A model generated the notes under the pieces. It did no database searches. It worked only from the letters and a program-made list of their open reading frames with translations, and had not been told where the DNA came from. DNA of 52,516 nucleotides from positions 1-52,516 of the forward strand of contig JBJTMA010000050.1 in the NCBI GenBank assembly GCA_046063295.1. The letters run 5' to 3'. Position 1 is the first letter of the stretch. The number at the start of each line of letters is the position of its first letter. Source of the DNA: Novosphingobium sp. (GTDB lineage Bacteria; Pseudomonadota; Alphaproteobacteria; Sphingomonadales; Sphingomonadaceae). The position numbers and the translations under genes were made by a program. Shown in pieces: positions 9,687-19,771 of this stretch.

Positions 9687-11138
9687 ATGGCTGGACAGAC
9701 CGACAGGGCTGCCAGTGCAGCACTCACCCTCAGCCCTCCGCTGGGCGTGAAGCTGGCCTACAGCCTTGGCCAGGCGGCGCAAAACGGCGGTTTCGATGCC
9801 GCAGTGGGCTTTGTGTTCTTCTACTATTCGGCGGTACTCGGCCTTTCGGGAAGCCTGGTCGGCGCCGCGCTGGCAGTCAGCCTGGCGTTCGATGCCGTGG
9901 TCGATCCGATGGTCGGGTCCTTGTCGGACAACCTCAGGTCGCGGATGGGCCGGCGGCTACCGCTGATGATCGCCGCGATCCCGTTCGTGACAGTATCGAT
10001 CGGCTTGCTTTACTCTCCGCCCGATGGACTGGGCCAGCTGGGGCTGTTCGCCTGGCTGGCAACAATGTCGGTTGCGGTGCGCAGCTTCATTTCGCTGTTC
10101 AATGTGCCCTACATCGCGCTCGGCGCAGAAATGGCGAGCGGCTATGCCGAGCGGACCAGCGTGGTGGTTTACCGCGCTTTCGCCGGCATCCTGGCGGGGG
10201 TCGCGGTGACGGTCATCGGCTACCAGGTCTACTTCGCCAATGGCGGGCTGCAGCGGGCCGAAGGTTACCCCGGGTTCGGCTGGTCGGTGGCCGCGCTGCT
10301 GTTCACGTGCATGGCGCTGTGCTGCCTCGGCACCCGCCGCTATGCCGCCTCGCTTCCCCAGCCTGCACTGCACGACGGGTCGATGCTGCGCCGCCTGCCG
10401 GGCGAACTGGCGGAGATATTCCGCAACCGTTCGTTCCGGCTGCTGTTCGTTTCGGCGGTGGTGCTGTTCGTGGCGATCGGCGTGAATATGAGCCTCAACA
10501 ACCACGCCTTCGTCTTCGTGTGGAAGATCCGGAGCGAACTGATCCAGTATATCGGCTTCGGCTACCTGATCGGCATTCTCCTGGGCATCGTGGGCGCCCC
10601 GCTGCTGCAGAAGGTGATGGAAAAGAGGAACGTGGTGATCATCGGCTTCCTGCTGCTGATCGCCAACTGGCTGGTGGTGCAAGGGGCGATGCTGTCCGGA
10701 ATCTGGCACCCGCTGGGCTCAGCCGCGCTCGGCCCGATGATATTCAATTCGTTCGTTGCCGGGATCGGCACCGGCTTCGTATCGGTCGCCTACCCCTCGA
10801 TGATGGCCGATGCGGCCGACGAACACGAATATCTCTACGGCACCCGGCGCGAGGGGCTTTACTTCGCCGGACTGGGCTTTGCCGGCAAGGCGGCGACCGG
10901 CCTGGGCGTGATGGTCGCCGGGCTGGCGCTGGACCTTATCCACTTTCCCAAGACCGAGGCCGCAAGTGGCGGCGCGGTTCTACCCGCAGACATGCAATCG
11001 CGGCTGGTCTCGATCTGGGGCCCCGTCCCTGCCGTGATCGCGGTCACTGCCCTGCTGATCCTGTCAGCATACGGCATCACCCGCGCACGGCACGATGCGA
11101 TTTTCCGGGAGCTTGCCAGGCGCAGCAACGCTGGCTGA
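9687..11138 (+). CDS. MFS transporter, glycoside-pentoside-hexuronide (MelB-like) family
   Basis: DAVVDPMVGSLSD..RS..GRR, VPYIALGAEM...ERT and SMMADAADEHE...RREGLYF motifs; start ATG 9687, 2 nt after the GH42 stop. Confidence 0.88.
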   Translation: MAGQTDRAASAALTLSPPLGVKLAYSLGQAAQNGGFDAAVGFVFFYYSAVLGLSGSLVGAALAVSLAFDAVVDPMVGSLSDNLRSRMGRRLPLMIAAIPFVTVSIGLLYSPPDGLGQLGLFAWLATMSVAVRSFISLFNVPYIALGAEMASGYAERTSVVVYRAFAGILAGVAVTVIGYQVYFANGGLQRAEGYPGFGWSVAALLFTCMALCCLGTRRYAASLPQPALHDGSMLRRLPGELAEIFRNRSFRLLFVSAVVLFVAIGVNMSLNNHAFVFVWKIRSELIQYIGFGYLIGILLGIVGAPLLQKVMEKRNVVIIGFLLLIANWLVVQGAMLSGIWHPLGSAALGPMIFNSFVAGIGTGFVSVAYPSMMADAADEHEYLYGTRREGLYFAGLGFAGKAATGLGVMVAGLALDLIHFPKTEAASGGAVLPADMQSRLVSIWGPVPAVIAVTALLILSAYGITRARHDAIFRELARRSNAG

Positions 11139-11307
11139 AGCCGGGCAAGCATTACAAAATCTTCAGGATAGGTGACCGGAGGAACGCTTCGAACGGCTGA
11201 GCATTATGGGATGAGCTTCGAGTTTAGCGGGAAAACGACGTCATGGGGCGACAAAATGCGACAATTGACTGGTTGACCAACGCCTTGCCGATCTGCTGCC
11301 TGAATTG

Positions 11308-12504
11308 ATGCGATTGAGGCACCGCTCCCTGACGCGCGCCTGGCCAGGCGCCGGGCTCATCTTGGCCCTGGCGCTCGCCGGGCTCTCTGGCTGCAAATCG
11401 GAAGCGCAGAACGCGCGCAAGGACAGCGGCCCGCCTACGGTTGGGTTCATCGTGATGCATCCGACGGTTGCGGCGCTTGAAGTCGACCTGCCGGGTCGCA
11501 TTGCCGCCGCTGCTACGGCAGAGGTACGTCCGCAAGTTTCGGGCATCATCCAGGAACGCCTTTTCACCGAAGGCTCGCTGGTCCGCGCGGGACAGCCGCT
11601 TTACCGGATCGATCCCAGCCTCTATCGCGCCACGCTCGCCCAGAGCCAAGCCAACCTTGCCAGCGCCGAGGCCAACGCCAGTGCCGCCGATGCCAAGGCG
11701 GCGCGGCTCAAACCGCTCGCCGAAGCCGGCGCGGTGGCCAAGCAGGATTATACCGATGCGGCGGCGGCTGCCCGTCAGGGGCGCGCGGCGATCAACCAGA
11801 ATCGCGCCGCGGTGAACATCGCGCAGATCAACCTGCGCTTTGCGACGGTGCCCGCGCCGATAACCGGCAGGATCGGCCGATCGACCTTTACCAAGGGGTC
11901 GCTCGTCACCAATGCCCAGACAGACCCGCTCGCGGTGATTTCGGTACTCGATCCGGTCTATGTCGACCTGCAGCAAAGCGCCGCCGACCTGATCAAGATG
12001 CGCCAGCAGATGGCGCAGGGCGGGTCCGCGCCAACCGCGGCCGACGTCTGGCTGCTGCTGGACGATGGAACGCGCTACCCGGTGCCGGGCCGGATAGCTT
12101 TTTCCGAAGTCACCGCCGATCCCGCGACCGGCACGGTCACGTTGCGCGCCACCTTCCCTAATCCGCAAGGGCTGCTGCTCCCAGGCATGTTCGTCCATGC
12201 GCGGCTGGCCCAGGTGAGCCAGGCAGGCGTGTTCCTTGTCCCGCAAGTGGCGCTCAGCCGCGACGCGAAAGGCAACGCGCAGGTCTATGTGGTCAGCGCC
12301 AAGGGCAACGCCGAACTGCGCCCGGTTACTGCGGCGCGCACACAAGGCGATGCCTGGGTCGTGACCGCGGGCCTCGCCGATGGAGACCGCGTGATCACGC
12401 AAGGTCTGGGCAAGGTGAAAGCCGGGCAGCCGGTTAAGGCGGTACCCGAAAGCGCACCGCAGACCCCGCAGAAGGCGCAGTCCGGCAGCGGCAAGCACGG
12501 CTAG
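11308..12504 (+). CDS. acrA: RND efflux periplasmic adaptor (AcrA/MexA family lipoprotein)
   Basis: Lipobox LSGC; AEVRPQVSGII, APITGRIG and TGTVTLRA.FPNP...LLPGMFV motifs. Confidence 0.92.
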   Translation: MRLRHRSLTRAWPGAGLILALALAGLSGCKSEAQNARKDSGPPTVGFIVMHPTVAALEVDLPGRIAAAATAEVRPQVSGIIQERLFTEGSLVRAGQPLYRIDPSLYRATLAQSQANLASAEANASAADAKAARLKPLAEAGAVAKQDYTDAAAAARQGRAAINQNRAAVNIAQINLRFATVPAPITGRIGRSTFTKGSLVTNAQTDPLAVISVLDPVYVDLQQSAADLIKMRQQMAQGGSAPTAADVWLLLDDGTRYPVPGRIAFSEVTADPATGTVTLRATFPNPQGLLLPGMFVHARLAQVSQAGVFLVPQVALSRDAKGNAQVYVVSAKGNAELRPVTAARTQGDAWVVTAGLADGDRVITQGLGKVKAGQPVKAVPESAPQTPQKAQSGSGKHG

Positions 12505-12516
12505 GCGGAACGCTTC

Positions 12517-15500
12517 GTGTCACGCATCTTCATCGATCGGCCGATCTTCGCCTGGGTTATCGCGATCATCACGATGCTGCTCGGCCTAGCCGCGCTCAAA
12601 ACGCTCCCGGTCGAACAGTTCCCGGATATCGCCCCGCCGCAGGTCAACATCCGCGCGAATTACCCCGGCGCATCGGCGGCTACGCTTGAGACCAGCGTCA
12701 CACAGGTGATCGAGCAGCAATTGTCGGGAATCGACGGGCTGCTTTATTTCAGCTCGACCTCAAGCTCGCGCGGCTCGGTGAGCATCTCGGCGACCTTCGC
12801 CAAGGGTACCGATCCCGACATTGCGCAGGTCCAGGTGCAAAACAAGGTGCAGCAGGCGCTCAGCCGCCTGCCGCAGCAGGTTCAGCAGCAAGGCGTCAGT
12901 GTCACCAAATCGAACCCCGACTTCCTGATGATCGTTGGGATCTACGACCAGACCGACCGCGCATCGAACCTCGATGTGGCGGATTGGATGGTGTCAAACC
13001 TGCAAGACCGGATCGGACGGGTCGAAGGGGTGGGCGACACCAACGTGTTCGGATCGCAGTTTGCGATGCGGATTTGGCTCGATCCCAACCGGCTCGCCGG
13101 GTACTCGCTGATGCCGGGTGACGTGATCAGCGCAATCACTGCCCAGAATGCCGAGGTTACCGCAGGCGAAATTGGCGCCGTGCCGAGCCCGCCCGGGCAG
13201 ATGCTCGACGCGACGGTGACCGCGCAGTCCCGTCTTTCCACGCCTGAGCAATTTGCTCGGATCGTGCTCAAGACGCAGAGCGACGGTTCGACCGTGGCGC
13301 TCAAGGATGTCGCGCGGATCGAGCTGGGCGCGGAAAGCTATGGGGTCTACAGCCGGATCAACGGCCACCCCGGCGCGGGACTTGCGGTGAGCCTGTCTCC
13401 CGGAGCCGACGCGCTGGCCACCGCCGAACGTGTGAAGGCCGAGATGGCGAGCGCCGCCAAAGGCTTCCCCCAAGGCTATTCCTATGCCTATGCGCAGGAT
13501 TCGACGATCTTCATCAAGAAGTCGATCGGCGATGTCGAGAAGACGCTTGTCGAGGCGATCCTGCTGGTGATCGTTGTGATCTTCGTCTTCCTGCAAAGCT
13601 GGCGCGCGACGCTGATCCCGGCGATCGCGGTGCCGGTGGTACTGCTCGGCACCTTCGCGATCTTTTCGGTCGCCGGGTTTACCGTGAACACGCTGACGCT
13701 GTTCGGGTTGGTCCTGTCGATCGGCCTCTTGGTCGACGATGCGATCGTGGTGGTCGAAAACGTCGAGCGGCTGATGGCCGAAAACCCTGGGATGAGTCCC
13801 TACGAAGCCACCGTCGAATCGATGAAGCAGATCCAGGTCGCGCTGTTTGCGATCGCGCTTGTGCTATCGGCGGTGTTCCTGCCGATGGCCTTCTTCGGCG
13901 GCTCCTCGGGTGTGATCTATCGGCAGTTCTCGCTCACCATCGTCGGCTCGATGGTGCTTTCGGTGCTGGTTGCACTGATCCTCAGCCCGGCGCTGACTTC
14001 GACCTTGCTGCGCCGTCCCGAGGACGAGGATCACACCAGCCTGGTTGGCCGCGCCAGCACGCGTATGCGCGAATGGTTCGAAAGCCGCTTCACGCGCCTG
14101 TCGAACTGGTATCAGGCCCGCGCCGAACGCGCGATCGAGCGGCGCAATCTGTCCCTGATCATCTACGGCGTGATCGCCGCGCTGCTCGCGGTGCTGTTCC
14201 TTCGTTTGCCGACCGGGTTCCTGCCAACCGAGGATCAAGGCATTGCCTCGGTGCAGTTCAACCTGCCGCCAGGCGCCTCGATCGAGCGCACGCTGGCGGC
14301 GCAGCGCGAAATCGAGAACTATTTTCTCAAGAACGAGACCGGCAACCTCAGCGCCCTGCTCACCGTATCGGGCAGTGGCGGCGGGGGCGGCGGCGGGGGC
14401 CAGAACACCGGCCGCGGATTCGTTGCGCTCAAGGACTGGGACGAGCGCGCAGGCAAGGGCGATACCTCCGCCGATGCAATCACCCGGCGCGCCACCCGCG
14501 CGATGTCGGGCCTGCGCGATGTCGAATTCTACGCGACGTTGCCCTCGGCGGTGCGCGGGCTGGGGCAATCCTCGGGCTTCACCGCCGAGCTCCTCAACAC
14601 CGGCGGCCTGCCGCGCGACCAGTTCGCCAAGGTCCAGGACCAGGTGATGAGCGAGGCGCGCGCCGATCCGCACATGGCCAACGTCCGGCTTTCCAGCCTT
14701 GCCGACCAGCCGACGCTCAAGGTCGATATCGATAACCAGCGCCTGGCCGTGCTCGGCCTGACCCAGGGAGACGTCAACACCACCCTGTCGACCGCCTGGG
14801 GCGGGCGCTACGTCAACGATTTCAACGATCGTGGGCGGGTCAAACGGGTCTATGTCGAAGGCGATGCGCCCTATCGCCACGCCCCCGAAGACCTCAGCCA
14901 ATGGCAGGTGCGCGGCAGCAGCGGGCAGATGGTGCCCTTCTCCGCCTTTGCGACGATCGGCTGGGCGGTCGCGCCCAATTCGCTCGGCCGGTTCAACGGG
15001 GTGAGCAATTACGAATTCAACGGCCAGGCCGCGCCAGGATACAGCTCGGGCGATGCAATGGACGCGTTCCAGGCGATTGCCGACAAGCATCCCGGGGTCA
15101 GCGTCGCGTGGTCAGGAGTATCCTACCAGGAACGGCTCACCTCCGGCCAGGCGCCGGTGCTCTATGCGATCTCGCTGCTCGTGGTCTTCCTGTGCCTCGC
15201 CGCGCTTTATGAAAGCTGGACGATTCCCCTGGCGGTGCTGCTGATCATCCCGCTCGGCCTTATCGGCGCGGTGGTTGCAGTGACGCTGCGCGGGTTGCAG
15301 AACGATGTCTACCTGCAGATCGGCCTGCTCACCACGATGGGGCTGACCGCGAAGAACGCGATCCTGATGATCGAGTTTGCCGAGGCCGAGGAGAAGAAGG
15401 GCAAGCGGATCATCGAAGCCGCGCTCAATGCCGCAAAGATCCGCCTGCGCCCGATCCTGATGACCAGCGCCGCATTCATCTTCGGGGTATTGCCACTGGC

Positions 15501-15693
15501 GATTGCCACCGGTGCGGGCGCCAACAGCCGGATCGCGATCGGTACCGCGGTGATCGGCGGAATGCTGACGGCAACTGTGCTGGCAGTGCTGTTCATCCCG
15601 CTGTTCTTCGTTGTGGTCCGCCGCACCACGCGCAACACCTTGGCCAAGCTGCACCATCGCCATGAAACCCCGGCGCAGGAGGGCGATGCATGA
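12517..15693 (+). CDS. acrB: RND efflux inner-membrane transporter (AcrB/MexB, HAE1)
   Basis: FIDRPIFAWV; proton-relay motifs GLLVDDAIVVVEN, AKNAIL and RLRPILMTS; 1058 aa. Confidence 0.95.
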   Translation: MSRIFIDRPIFAWVIAIITMLLGLAALKTLPVEQFPDIAPPQVNIRANYPGASAATLETSVTQVIEQQLSGIDGLLYFSSTSSSRGSVSISATFAKGTDPDIAQVQVQNKVQQALSRLPQQVQQQGVSVTKSNPDFLMIVGIYDQTDRASNLDVADWMVSNLQDRIGRVEGVGDTNVFGSQFAMRIWLDPNRLAGYSLMPGDVISAITAQNAEVTAGEIGAVPSPPGQMLDATVTAQSRLSTPEQFARIVLKTQSDGSTVALKDVARIELGAESYGVYSRINGHPGAGLAVSLSPGADALATAERVKAEMASAAKGFPQGYSYAYAQDSTIFIKKSIGDVEKTLVEAILLVIVVIFVFLQSWRATLIPAIAVPVVLLGTFAIFSVAGFTVNTLTLFGLVLSIGLLVDDAIVVVENVERLMAENPGMSPYEATVESMKQIQVALFAIALVLSAVFLPMAFFGGSSGVIYRQFSLTIVGSMVLSVLVALILSPALTSTLLRRPEDEDHTSLVGRASTRMREWFESRFTRLSNWYQARAERAIERRNLSLIIYGVIAALLAVLFLRLPTGFLPTEDQGIASVQFNLPPGASIERTLAAQREIENYFLKNETGNLSALLTVSGSGGGGGGGGQNTGRGFVALKDWDERAGKGDTSADAITRRATRAMSGLRDVEFYATLPSAVRGLGQSSGFTAELLNTGGLPRDQFAKVQDQVMSEARADPHMANVRLSSLADQPTLKVDIDNQRLAVLGLTQGDVNTTLSTAWGGRYVNDFNDRGRVKRVYVEGDAPYRHAPEDLSQWQVRGSSGQMVPFSAFATIGWAVAPNSLGRFNGVSNYEFNGQAAPGYSSGDAMDAFQAIADKHPGVSVAWSGVSYQERLTSGQAPVLYAISLLVVFLCLAALYESWTIPLAVLLIIPLGLIGAVVAVTLRGLQNDVYLQIGLLTTMGLTAKNAILMIEFAEAEEKKGKRIIEAALNAAKIRLRPILMTSAAFIFGVLPLAIATGAGANSRIAIGTAVIGGMLTATVLAVLFIPLFFVVVRRTTRNTLAKLHHRHETPAQEGDA

Positions 15694-17066
15694 TCCGGCT
15701 GCGCGAATCCTCGATGCTGCTGGCCGCGCTGCTCTCGGGCTGCTTGATGCAGCCCGCCTATGTCCGTCCGGTGGCCGAGATCCCGGCAACCTGGCCGACC
15801 GGCGCGGCCTACCTCCAGCAGAGCACACAGGGCTTGCCGAGCTATGACTGGAACCAAGTTTTCGCCGACCCGCGTCTGCAGGCGGTTATCGTCCAGGCGC
15901 TGGCAAACAATCAGGACCTGCGCCTTGCTGCTGCAAACATCGCAGCGGCGCGCGCGCAGTACAGCGTCCAGAAGAGCGAACTGGTTCCCGATGTCACCGG
16001 CAGCGCCGACCTGTCGCGCAGCGACGGTGCCAGCGGGGCCAAGACCAACGCTTCGCTCCAAGTCGGGGTCGCGGGATACGAGCTCGACCTGTTCGGGCGG
16101 CTACGATCGTTGAACGATGCAGCCCGGTCGCGCTACCTCGGCAGCGTCTCGGCCGCGCAGGCGGTCAAGCTAACGCTGATCTCCGACATTGCCGATGCCT
16201 GGCTGTCGTACGGCGCCGATCGCAGCCTGCTGCTCCTGGCGCAGCAGACCGCGGCTGCGGCGCAGGAGAGCGTCAAGCTCACCCAGGCGCGATATCAGGG
16301 CGGGATCGCGCCGCGCAGCGATGTGCGCCAGGCCGAGATCGTGCTCGCCACCGCGCAGGCCGATGTGGCCAACCAGACCACACTGATGGCGCAGGATGTA
16401 AATGCGCTGCGGCTGCTCGTGGGGGCGGAGGTCGCTCCCGCGAACCTGCCGGGCGGGATCGAGGACGCCGCCGCCCGGATCGCCGCGATTGCGCCCGGGC
16501 TCGATTCCACGGTCCTGCTTCGCCGTCCCGACGTGGTCGAGGCGGAATGGCAACTGCGCGCTGCCGATGCCGAGATTGGCGCCGCGCGCGCCGCGCTGTT
16601 TCCCAAAATCAGCCTGACCGGACTGCTCGGGCTCGCGACCTCGGCCCTTACCTCGCTGTTCACCGGCGGCGCCTTTACCTGGACAGCCGGCGCATCGGCC
16701 AGCGTGCCGATCTTCGGCACCGGGGCCAAAGCGAATGTCAGGATCACCGAGGCGCAGCGCGATGCCGCCCTGGCGCAGTACCAGAAGGTGATCCAGACCG
16801 CGTTCCGCGATGTCGCAAATGCCCTCGCCCGGCGCGGGACGATCGCCGATCAGCTCGCCGCGGCAGGCAAGGGCGATGCGGCGGCGGCGGACAACCTGGG
16901 CCTCGCCGATCTCAGGTACCGCAACGGCATCGACAGCTACCTCAGCGAACTGACCGCGCGCCTCTCGCGCTATTCGGCGGCACGGACGCTGGTCCAGACC
17001 CGGCTGCTCGACGCCACGAGCAAGGTAGCCGTATACCGCGCGGTAGGGGCGGACGCTTCGTTGTAG
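15690..17066 (+). CDS. Outer-membrane efflux factor lipoprotein (OprM/NodT family)
   Basis: Lipobox LSGC; YELDLFGR and LLRRPDV..AE..L.AA.A.IGAARAA.FP.ISL motifs. Confidence 0.92.
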   Translation: MIRLRESSMLLAALLSGCLMQPAYVRPVAEIPATWPTGAAYLQQSTQGLPSYDWNQVFADPRLQAVIVQALANNQDLRLAAANIAAARAQYSVQKSELVPDVTGSADLSRSDGASGAKTNASLQVGVAGYELDLFGRLRSLNDAARSRYLGSVSAAQAVKLTLISDIADAWLSYGADRSLLLLAQQTAAAAQESVKLTQARYQGGIAPRSDVRQAEIVLATAQADVANQTTLMAQDVNALRLLVGAEVAPANLPGGIEDAAARIAAIAPGLDSTVLLRRPDVVEAEWQLRAADAEIGAARAALFPKISLTGLLGLATSALTSLFTGGAFTWTAGASASVPIFGTGAKANVRITEAQRDAALAQYQKVIQTAFRDVANALARRGTIADQLAAAGKGDAAAADNLGLADLRYRNGIDSYLSELTARLSRYSAARTLVQTRLLDATSKVAVYRAVGADASL

Positions 17067-17097
17067 TCGATGCAAGCGGCCTCAACCGTCGGGCGCG

Positions 17098-18636
17098 TCA
17101 ATGACCGCCGCCCATCCGAATCTCCTTCGGCAAGGGAGCAAGCCAGACACAGGCCGCAGCTACAACGAAGACCAGGCCGGCGGTCAGGAATGTATTGAGC
17201 GCACCCACTGTGGCGGCTTGCACCTCCACCTGGCGCTCGATCGCCACGCGGGCCTGATCGATCGTCAAGCCGACGCGCTGCAAAGCCGACATCGCGCCGG
17301 CCGGGTCGTTGAGGTTCGACGCCAGTTCCGAGCGCGAGGTTCGTGTCGCGCCGTCCCATACGGTGGTCGCCGTTGCAGTGCCGATCGCACCGCTGAGGGT
17401 GCGCATGAAGTTGGAAAGCCCTGCCGCCGAGGTGGCGTCCTTTGGATCGACCGAACTCAGCGTGAGTGCAGTCAGGCCGACGAAGAAGAAAGGCATGCCC
17501 ATCCCCTGCAGGATATGCGGGAGCGCAAGCGTCCAGTAGCCCGCGTCAACGGTCCAGTGCGCGCGAACGAGCGACATCAGCGCCATCCAGATCAATCCGG
17601 CAGAAATCGTGATCCGCAGGTCCACCCTGGTGGTCAGCTGCGCCGCAACCGGCGAAAGCAGGACCGCGAAACATCCGATCCAGGCTACGATATAGCCCGT
17701 CTCGGTCGCGGTATATCCGGCGTATTGCTGGAGCCACAGCGGAGTCAGCACAACTTGCGAGAAGAAGGCGCCGAAGCCCAGTGAGACAGCCGCGGTGCCG
17801 AAAGCGAAACCCCTGCTCCTGAAGATCCTGATGTCGACCACCGGGTGATCCTCGGTCAATTCCCAGATGATGAACGAGGCAAAGCCAAGCGCCGAGACGA
17901 TGGCGAGGCCGATGATCCAGGTCGAACCGAACCAGTCGTTGTCGTGCCCCGTATCGAGCATGATCTGGAACGAGCCGACCGCGATCACCAGCAGCGCCAG
18001 GCCGATCGCATCGATCGGGCTTTTGAGCCGCTGGGTCTCGAACGGGGTGAGCATCCGCCACACCCCGATGGCGCAGATCGCGACGACCGGGAGGTTGATG
18101 AAGAAGATCCACGACCAATGCCAGGTATCGCTGATCAGGCCGCCCAGGATCGGGCCAAGGATTGGTGCGGTAGTGGTGGTCATCGCCCAGATCGCGATAC
18201 CGATCGAAGCGCGCGCCGGCGGGAATATGCGTAGCAGCAGGATCTGCGAAAGCGACATCAGCGGCCCGCCGGAGAGGCCCTGCAAAACCCGGAACACCAC
18301 CAGCATCCCCAGGCTCTGCGAAATCCCGCACAGGAAGGAGAACAGGCCGAAGCCCGTAATGGCGATCAGGAACCAGCGCACCGTACCGAACCGCGCGGCC
18401 AGCCATCCGGTCAGCGGCACGCTGATCGCGTCGGCAACCGAATAGCTGGTAATCGCCCAGGTCCCCTGCGTGGGCGACACGGCGAGGCCGCCCGCAATAT
18501 GCGGGATCGAGACATTGGCGATGGTCATGTCGAGCACGACCACGAAGTTCGCGAGCGCCAGGGCAAAGGCCCCGGCGATGAGCGCTGCGCCGGTCAGCGG
18601 CTGCGGCGCTGCCCCGGCGGTGGCGGTACTGGCCAC
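17098..18636 (-). CDS. emrB: DHA2 MFS multidrug efflux permease (EmrB family)
   Basis: LDMTIANVS, WAITSY, GPILGG.I and WIFFINLP motifs; 14-TM pattern. Confidence 0.92.
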   Translation of the reverse strand: MASTATAGAAPQPLTGAALIAGAFALALANFVVVLDMTIANVSIPHIAGGLAVSPTQGTWAITSYSVADAISVPLTGWLAARFGTVRWFLIAITGFGLFSFLCGISQSLGMLVVFRVLQGLSGGPLMSLSQILLLRIFPPARASIGIAIWAMTTTTAPILGPILGGLISDTWHWSWIFFINLPVVAICAIGVWRMLTPFETQRLKSPIDAIGLALLVIAVGSFQIMLDTGHDNDWFGSTWIIGLAIVSALGFASFIIWELTEDHPVVDIRIFRSRGFAFGTAAVSLGFGAFFSQVVLTPLWLQQYAGYTATETGYIVAWIGCFAVLLSPVAAQLTTRVDLRITISAGLIWMALMSLVRAHWTVDAGYWTLALPHILQGMGMPFFFVGLTALTLSSVDPKDATSAAGLSNFMRTLSGAIGTATATTVWDGATRTSRSELASNLNDPAGAMSALQRVGLTIDQARVAIERQVEVQAATVGALNTFLTAGLVFVVAAACVWLAPLPKEIRMGGGH

Positions 18637-18637
18637 C

Positions 18638-19771
18638 TTAGCGTGCCCTTGTATCGATAGTCGCTTCCATGGTCAGGCCAACCCGCAGCGGATGGTCCCG
18701 CAGTTCCTTGGGATCGAGCGCAATCCGCACCGGCAGGCGCTGCACGACCTTGACCCAGTTGCCGGTAGCGTTCTGGGCAGGGATCAGCGAAAATGCCGCA
18801 CCGGTGCCCCCGGCAATGCCGACGACCCGGCCGTGGTAGACAACGTCGCTGCCATAGAAATCCGAGGTGAGCTCAACCGGCTGGCCAATGCGTATCTTGC
18901 TGAACTGGCTTTCCTTGAAGTTGGCGTCGACGAATGCGGTGGCGACGGGAACCAGGATCATGATCGGCGCGCCAGCCGCAATCCTCTGGCCGACCTGGAC
19001 CTGCCGGTTGGTCACCACACCATCGATCGGCGCGCGGATCACGGTCCGGGCCAGGTCGAGCATCGCCATGTCAAGCCGTGCGCGAGCGGCGACGACATCG
19101 GGAGCCGTTTCGGCGGTCGAACCACGAACGAGAGCTGCGCTCGCAGCAGCATCACCGCTGGTCGAAACGCGGTTCGCCTCGGCAGCGGCAACAGCCGCGG
19201 CAGCGAGATCGCGGGCAGCCGTGGCGCTTTCCAGACTGGCGCGAGCTGTCGTCAGCTCCTCGCCGGCAACCGCGCCGGTCCCCGCGATCGACTGGCGCCG
19301 TGCCAGTTCGGTGCGCGCCTTTTCGACATTGGCATTGGCGCTGCGCAACTGCGCCTGCGCCTGATTGATCGATGCGGCGCTCGCGCCGATCCGCGCCTGC
19401 GCCGCTCCGGCGTTGGCCGACTGCTGGGCAAAGCGCTGCTGTGCCTGGCGCAAGGCCGCCTGCGCGCTGGCAACTTCAAGCCGCGCATCGGCGTCGTCGA
19501 GCACCACCAGTATGTCGCCCTTGTGCACCATCTGTGTGCCCGCTGCGCGGACGTCGGTGACGGTGCCGGGAACCTGCGCGGTCACCTGCGCCGAATCCGC
19601 GCCGACATAGGCATTGTCGGTCGATACCCGGCCGGCGACGAAAATGAAGTACCACAGCGCCCACAATGCAGCCGCGATGGCGACTCCTGTGGCCAGTCGC
19701 CTGAACAACTGCTTGCGGCGTTCGCCGTTGTTGCCCGGCGCCTCAACTTCGGGCGCGATTGCTTCAGCCAT
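18638..19771 (-). CDS. emrA: EmrA/HlyD family membrane fusion protein
   Basis: STDNAYV, IRAPIDGVV, VDANFKESQ and FSLIPAQNATGNWVKVVQRLPVRI motifs. Confidence 0.93.
   Translation of the reverse strand: MAEAIAPEVEAPGNNGERRKQLFRRLATGVAIAAALWALWYFIFVAGRVSTDNAYVGADSAQVTAQVPGTVTDVRAAGTQMVHKGDILVVLDDADARLEVASAQAALRQAQQRFAQQSANAGAAQARIGASAASINQAQAQLRSANANVEKARTELARRQSIAGTGAVAGEELTTARASLESATAARDLAAAAVAAAEANRVSTSGDAAASAALVRGSTAETAPDVVAARARLDMAMLDLARTVIRAPIDGVVTNRQVQVGQRIAAGAPIMILVPVATAFVDANFKESQFSKIRIGQPVELTSDFYGSDVVYHGRVVGIAGGTGAAFSLIPAQNATGNWVKVVQRLPVRIALDPKELRDHPLRVGLTMEATIDTRAR

Noticed and set aside
9620-11200. 526-aa alternative-frame ORF, and the 9168 N-terminal extension of the MFS
   Set aside because: Arg/Gly/Pro-rich off-frame translation; the MFS most plausibly starts at ATG 9687 after the GH42 stop.
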